A stretch of 64,000 nucleotides of DNA, from positions 7,010-71,009 of the forward strand of contig JACZYD010000002.1 of assembly GCA_022571255.1 (NCBI GenBank). The letters are read 5' to 3'. The DNA comes from Bacteroidota bacterium. GTDB lineage: Bacteria > Bacteroidota > Rhodothermia > Rhodothermales > UBA10348. Below, in pieces: positions 63,696 through 64,000 of this stretch; the stretch's first letter is position 1; the number at the start of each line of letters is the position of its first letter. The position numbers were made by a program, and so were the translations under genes. The notes beneath the pieces were generated by a model. The model saw nothing but the letters and a program-made list of their open reading frames with translations. It was not told the origin of the DNA and made no database searches.

Positions 63696-64000
63696 ATGCA
63701 TATTCAACTGAGAATACTCTTTCCCGTATTCGTCGCCGTGCTTCTCTGTCCTCCCCGGACCGAAATTTTTGCGCAGGTCGCAAAATGGACACACATTCCC
63801 GGCAGCCCTGTTTCCACTCCTTCCAATCGGCATGATGACATTGTATTCGTCGATGAAAACACGGGCTGGATCATCAGCGGTTCGGATAATGTGTACAAAA
63901 CGGATGATGGAGGGCTGTCTTGGACCCTGCAGTTTGCTCCCGACACCGGTATGCTGCGCCTCAGAAGTATCGCCATGGCGAACGAGAATACGGGATGGAT
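63696..64000 (+). CDS. BNR/Ycf48-like beta-propeller protein, N-terminal fragment (continues past the right edge)
   Basis: Absent from the ORF track because there is no stop. The ATG at 63696 gives MHIQLRILFPVFVAVLLCPPRTEIFAQ (signal), then WTHIPGSPVS...DIVFVDENTGWIISGSDNVYKTDDGGLSWTLQF...SIAMANENTGW (BNR-type TDDGG.SW). Confidence 0.55.
   Translation, partial: MHIQLRILFPVFVAVLLCPPRTEIFAQVAKWTHIPGSPVSTPSNRHDDIVFVDENTGWIISGSDNVYKTDDGGLSWTLQFAPDTGMLRLRSIAMANENTGW

Noticed and set aside
62823-63711. ORFs with periodic peptides such as RACSPRASRACSPR and RRGERALLRRGERALL, which could suggest a repeat protein.
   Set aside because: The periodicity is produced in all frames and on both strands by the 24-bp DNA repeat. 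There is no signal, RBS or domain. Only the distal part of 62823-63461 (from the ATG at 63125) has real similarity, to N-Ada.

Overview
The window is a chromosomal segment of about 50% GC, probably from an FCB-group bacterium (Bacteroidota, Balneolota or Rhodothermota-like). That guess rests on a T9SS-type C-terminal sorting domain, a CarboxypepD_reg-type TonB-dependent receptor next to a DUF4249-like lipoprotein, and many lipoproteins. I support about 55 protein genes, mostly envelope, secreted and housekeeping functions: M28, M55 and DmpA peptidases, FG-GAP/VCBS beta-propellers, an octaheme cytochrome c-TPR protein, a Kv-type K+ channel, an HTTM/gamma-carboxylase homolog, alpha-carbonic anhydrase, a YdeP-family molybdoenzyme, Ogt and others. 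I recognised no rRNA, tRNA, CRISPR array, prophage or intact defence island by eye. Four things stand out. (1) Unrelated short tandem duplications (14-38 bp units, 2-6 copies) are unusually dense in intergenic spacers, with in-frame repeats in several genes. (2) There are many decayed genes: a frameshifted idi, two genes with in-frame TGA, sulfatase and EEP remnants, a 5'-truncated BrnT toxin beside an intact BrnA, and an Ada gene broken next to an IS3 orfA fragment. (3) A five-gene sensory operon (lipoprotein, YdeI-like, SBP-like, histidine kinase, sigma-54 activator) is followed by a near-consensus sigma-54 promoter in front of a TPR lipoprotein gene. (4) A 1241-aa metallophosphoesterase-Omp85 fusion is paired with a PAP2 phosphatase. 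All family calls come from motifs read by eye in the supplied translations; no database search was run. I cannot point to one clearly novel system with confidence.
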